Shown: piece after piece, positions 25,743 to 29,210 of the stretch
Layout: each line of letters opens with the position of its first letter
Position numbering within the stretch: the first letter of the stretch is position 1
Assembly (NCBI GenBank): GCA_964494535.1
Contig: CAZBSB010000002.1
Coordinates: forward strand, 539 to 29,748
DNA length: 29,210 nucleotides
Reading direction: 5' to 3'
Source of the DNA: an uncultured Rhodospirillales bacterium
Lineage (GTDB): Bacteria; Pseudomonadota; Alphaproteobacteria; UBA9219; RFNS01
Position numbers and translations under genes: made by a program
Notes under the pieces: generated by a model
What the model saw: the letters and a program-made list of their open reading frames with translations, nothing else
The model's database searches: none
What the model was told of the DNA's origin: nothing

Positions 25743-26540
25743 CTATTGCACGAGAGGCGAATTTGCTGCCTCGAAATTATAGCCGCTTATCTGGGCGCGC
25801 CCGGCAAGGAGCGTGACATACTGATGGAAGGCTCGGTTCCAGCACTGCTCGTTCAGATATTCTTTGATCCAGGTGGCTACCGCAGAAAATGGCAACTGCC
25901 GCCCTTCGGCGCGTTTGTTGACGCGAATAATATGGTAGCCAACGCTCGTGGCTACCGGCTCTTTGCTCAGTTCACCCTCCTGCATCTGCAGGAGCGCGCT
26001 TTCAAATGCCAGCATGGTTTGCCCGTGGCTGATTTGCCCCAAGTGTCCCCCCGCGGACGCCGAGGAGCATGCTGATTCCGATCGTGCCAGCTGTTCGAAT
26101 AGCCCTGGCTCGGCGCGCAGCCTGGTCAAAGCAAGGTTGGCGCGCTCAAGGGCTTCGGCGCGCACCTTGGCCTGTTCTGGCGGCGCGAGGTAAAGAATAT
26201 GAGACACATCAAAGATTGGCGAGGTCAGGAACTTTTTCTGGTTGTTCTCATAGTAACGCAGGCAGGTCGCCTCGTCCGCCTCCGGAATTTTAATCTCTGA
26301 CTCCAGAAGATTATCAATGATCTGGTCTAAGTCTTTAATATTGTCCTGTCTTGAAGCTGACAAATAGCCCGCCTCTGTGGCGCGTTGCAAAAGCAATTCG
26401 CGGATGACCAGCGAGCGTTTGGCCGCATGTTGCGCCTCCGTGAGGCTGCCAGCTGGATGGTATTGCACCTCGGCATCAATATCAGTTTCAGATATTTTGC
26501 AGCCATTAATGATAATACCCGGGGTTAATGAGCGCATCAC
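25743..26540 (-). CDS. PpiC/parvulin-type peptidyl-prolyl isomerase (NifM-like, nar-associated)
   Basis: Motifs VSHIL, FEQLARSESACSS...GGHLG, FE.AL, PVATSVGYHII; overlaps the narI stop. Confidence 0.9.
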   Translation of the reverse strand: MMRSLTPGIIINGCKISETDIDAEVQYHPAGSLTEAQHAAKRSLVIRELLLQRATEAGYLSASRQDNIKDLDQIIDNLLESEIKIPEADEATCLRYYENNQKKFLTSPIFDVSHILYLAPPEQAKVRAEALERANLALTRLRAEPGLFEQLARSESACSSASAGGHLGQISHGQTMLAFESALLQMQEGELSKEPVATSVGYHIIRVNKRAEGRQLPFSAVATWIKEYLNEQCWNRAFHQYVTLLAGRAQISGYNFEAANSPLVQ

Positions 26541-27223
26541 GAAGCCCTCTTGCGGACAATCTGGTAAGGCCGGAACACAAAGCCGAGCGGGGCGCTCAAC
26601 ATATGAACCAGCCGTGTGAAGGGGAAGACCAGCAGGATGAATAAGCCAAGCGTGATGTGCAGTTTGAATACCAAGGCTGTGTCAGCGATAAATTCATGCG
26701 CTCCGCCGCGGAAGGTCACAATGTGCTGCGCCCACTCCATAAACTTGACCATCTCATGACCGTCCAGATGCTGCATGGATACAGTGATGGTGCATAAGCC
26801 AATCAGAAGTTGACTCAGCAGCAGGAAGAGCACGGCAATATCGGCAAAGGAACTATTGGCCCGGATGCGCGGATCAAAGAGTCGCCGATGGAGCAGGAGC
26901 AGCAACCCCACAAGGCAAAAGATGCCGGCAATGCCGCCGGCCGTGATGGCCAGAATCTGTTTGGCACCGTGTGAGACCCCCATGGCGTCAAAAACCGCGA
27001 TGGGGGTAAGCAGCCCGACAAAATGCCCGCCGAGAATGACCAGGATACCCGTATGGAAGAGGACGCTGCCCCAGATGAGCTGGCGGCGACGCAGGAGCTG
27101 GCTTGATTTGCTGCGCCAGGAGAATGGGTCGCGATCAAAGCGCAGCAGTGTGCCAAGCACGCAAGCGCCGAGCGCAATATAAGGAAAAATCTGGAACAAG
27201 AAAAAATCTAGACCGCTACTCAT
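26537..27223 (-). CDS. narI: Respiratory nitrate reductase gamma subunit (cytochrome b)
   Basis: Motifs FPYIALG, RFDRDPFSWRSKSSQLL, LFHTGIL, HITLG, FPFTRLVH. ATG 27223 overlaps the narJ TGA. Confidence 0.96.
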   Translation of the reverse strand: MSSGLDFFLFQIFPYIALGACVLGTLLRFDRDPFSWRSKSSQLLRRRQLIWGSVLFHTGILVILGGHFVGLLTPIAVFDAMGVSHGAKQILAITAGGIAGIFCLVGLLLLLHRRLFDPRIRANSSFADIAVLFLLLSQLLIGLCTITVSMQHLDGHEMVKFMEWAQHIVTFRGGAHEFIADTALVFKLHITLGLFILLVFPFTRLVHMLSAPLGFVFRPYQIVRKRAS

Positions 27224-27930
27224 ATCTTGACCTCCTGTGTCGCGCTGAGACGTTCTTCGATCGTGGCCAGCATGGCCTGAGCCTTCGGACAACCGTCGGA
27301 AATGCCGGTCGTTTGTGCTGTGTTGGTGAAGGCAAATTGCTCTTCCCACGCCGCGTCAAGCTCGGCAGCGGCAGCGGGGGCGCCTGAAGCCTGCTGCAGA
27401 GCTATCGCCAGCTGGGCGGGATCAGGGGCGCGTACCGCCATTTCGACCAAGCCGTCAAACAGAACGGCATAGGGAGATTGGCGTCGATTCAGCCGTTCAC
27501 CAATCGCGGCGACGACATTGACGGCGCTATCTAGATGGCCGCGGACAACTTCAAGCGGCTGCGTGCTAAGAAATTCGAGGAACAACGGCAAGTAGTCAGG
27601 CAGCTCATCGGTAGCGATATCGAGACCGGATTGCCGGTAGAGTTCCAGCAAATCGACCATGGCCTGCCCGCGATCGCGTGAATCGCCGTGAACGTGTTCA
27701 AAAAGATGCAGCGAGAGGGAAGGCGTGCGGTCAAACAGATCCGTATACGCCTCCTGCAGGTCGAGCAGATCTTCGTCCTGCTGTGAGCGGAGTAAATGAA
27801 TAATCTTTTTCTGTGTCGGGACGGTCAGCCAGCCTTCCTGCTGGAGAAGCCTCGCACAGCCATCAATCATTCCAGGCTCCTGTGATTCCGGATAGGACAG
27901 CAAACGGCCAATGACTTTCAACGTCAGCAT
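27220..27930 (-). CDS. narJ: Nitrate reductase maturation chaperone
   Basis: Motifs LLSYP, LQEAYTDLFDRTPSLSLHLFEHVHGDSRDRGQAMVDL, ELPDYLPLFLEF. Confidence 0.96.
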   Translation of the reverse strand: MLTLKVIGRLLSYPESQEPGMIDGCARLLQQEGWLTVPTQKKIIHLLRSQQDEDLLDLQEAYTDLFDRTPSLSLHLFEHVHGDSRDRGQAMVDLLELYRQSGLDIATDELPDYLPLFLEFLSTQPLEVVRGHLDSAVNVVAAIGERLNRRQSPYAVLFDGLVEMAVRAPDPAQLAIALQQASGAPAAAAELDAAWEEQFAFTNTAQTTGISDGCPKAQAMLATIEERLSATQEVKI

Positions 27931-27939
27931 TGATATCTC

Positions 27940-29210
27940 CTATCCGCACTGCCCGCCGCAACAACCACCGCAGCCGCTTGATTTCTTGGGCGGAGACTCG
28001 CTCGCATTGCGGGGTGCCAGCTCCGGCTCGTAGTGATCGCGGGTAAAAATGGTGTTGATACGGTTGTCCTTGGTTGAGCCGCTCTGGCCACGGCTTTGTT
28101 TCGGCTGTTCAAACAGGTCAAACTTGCTGTTGCTATGGCCAGCACACCCATTGCCGAAGCTAAAGCCACAACCGCCGCTTTCGCCATAAGCGTCCAGCGT
28201 TTCCTCACGGTGCCCGGTCGGAATGACATACCGATCTTCATAATTGGCAATCGCCATAATCTTGTACATGTCTTCGACCAGATCTGGCGTCAGCCCGGAT
28301 GCATAGAGTACCCCAGTGTCCACTTTGCCTTCGATATGTTTGCCGCGCATGTAGTGACGCATGGCCATCATGCGCTGCAGCGCCAGACGAACAGGTTGTT
28401 CTTTGCCGCCAGTCAGCATATTTGCCAGGTACTTTATCGGAATGCGCATATCATCCAGGTTTGGCATGACCCCATTCTGGGGAGCATCCAGTTTCCCTGC
28501 GTTGAGCGCAGATTGAACCGGCGAGAGCGGCGGAATATACCAAACCATCGGTAGCGTCCGGTACTCCGGGTGCAGGGGGAACGCCACTTTCCAGTCGATT
28601 GCCATTTTATAGACGGGCGATTTCTGCGCCGCTTCAATCCAGTTGTCCGGAATACCATCGCGCCGTGCCTGGGCGATGACTTCGGGGTCATGAGGATTGA
28701 GGAAAATGCGACACTGCGCCTCATAAAGGTCTTCGTTCTTCTCCACGCTGGCGGCTTCTTCAATCCGGTCTGCGTCATAGAGAATGACACCAAGATAGCG
28801 GATGCGACCAACGCAGGTTTCCGAGCAGACCGTCGGTTCGCCGTTTTCAATGCGCGGATAGCAGAATGTGCACTTCTCTGCCTTGCCGGTCTGCCAATTG
28901 TAGTAAATCTTTTTGTAAGGGCAGCCAGAGATACACATGCGCCAGCCGCGGCATTTATCCTGATCAACCAGAACAATCCCGTCTTCTTCGCGCTTGTAAA
29001 TCGAGCCGGACGGGCAGGATGCAACGCAGGTCGGGTTCAGGCAGTGCTCGCACAGACGCGGCAGATACATCATGAAAGTGTTTTCAAATTCACCATAGAT
29101 GTCTTTTTCCACATCGGTGAAGTTGTAGTCTTTCTTGCGATGCTCAAACTCCGTACCCAGGATTTCTTCCCAGTTTGGCCCCCAATTCACTTTCTCCATC
29201 CGCTGCCCTG
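27940..29210 (-). CDS. narH: Respiratory nitrate reductase beta subunit (5' part outside the window)
   Basis: Motifs WGPNWEE, LPRLCEHCLNPTCVASCPSG, CRGWRMCISGCPY, CTFCYPR, LHPEYRTLPMVWY. The frame is open to the window edge (GQRMEK). Confidence 0.97.
   Translation of the reverse strand, partial: GQRMEKVNWGPNWEEILGTEFEHRKKDYNFTDVEKDIYGEFENTFMMYLPRLCEHCLNPTCVASCPSGSIYKREEDGIVLVDQDKCRGWRMCISGCPYKKIYYNWQTGKAEKCTFCYPRIENGEPTVCSETCVGRIRYLGVILYDADRIEEAASVEKNEDLYEAQCRIFLNPHDPEVIAQARRDGIPDNWIEAAQKSPVYKMAIDWKVAFPLHPEYRTLPMVWYIPPLSPVQSALNAGKLDAPQNGVMPNLDDMRIPIKYLANMLTGGKEQPVRLALQRMMAMRHYMRGKHIEGKVDTGVLYASGLTPDLVEDMYKIMAIANYEDRYVIPTGHREETLDAYGESGGCGFSFGNGCAGHSNSKFDLFEQPKQSRGQSGSTKDNRINTIFTRDHYEPELAPRNASESPPKKSSGCGGCCGGQCG

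Noticed and set aside
1-29210. tRNA, rRNA, 6S RNA, CRISPR arrays, prophage or known defence systems
   Set aside because: None recognised: no cloverleaf, no regular repeat-spacer array, and no integrase or phage structural genes.

Overview
High-GC alphaproteobacterial-type chromosomal DNA in two parts. Left (1-16012): housekeeping genes, many separated from their usual neighbours: TerC/Alx-family protein (partial), rplY, tkt, gap, TIGR02302/DUF4175-like protein, lipoprotein esterase, ptsN-hpf-rpoN, ahpC-ahpD, an SDR, a stand-alone AAA+ ATPase and a YmdB-like phosphoesterase. Junction (16028-17420): a ~150-bp palindromic repeat cut at its right end by an IS3-family (IS407-type) element with no target duplication. 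Right (17421-29210): visibly lower-GC DNA that looks like an acquired anaerobic nitrate-respiration island. It holds an ankyrin protein, a phasin-like gene with a perfect FNR box, moeB-rhodanese, a moaA-moaC/mogA-moaD-moaE-mobA-unknown operon, a DNR/NnrR-type regulator, nnrS, a PpiC-type isomerase and narI-narJ-narH (narH partial). The best leads are: a Moco-riboswitch-like leader that lacks one arm; one FNR box positioned for two divergent promoters; a Cys-rich tail on NarH; an uncharacterised protein coupled to mobA; and an Irr/PerR-like box at ahpCD. All calls come from reading the sequence; no database search was run.
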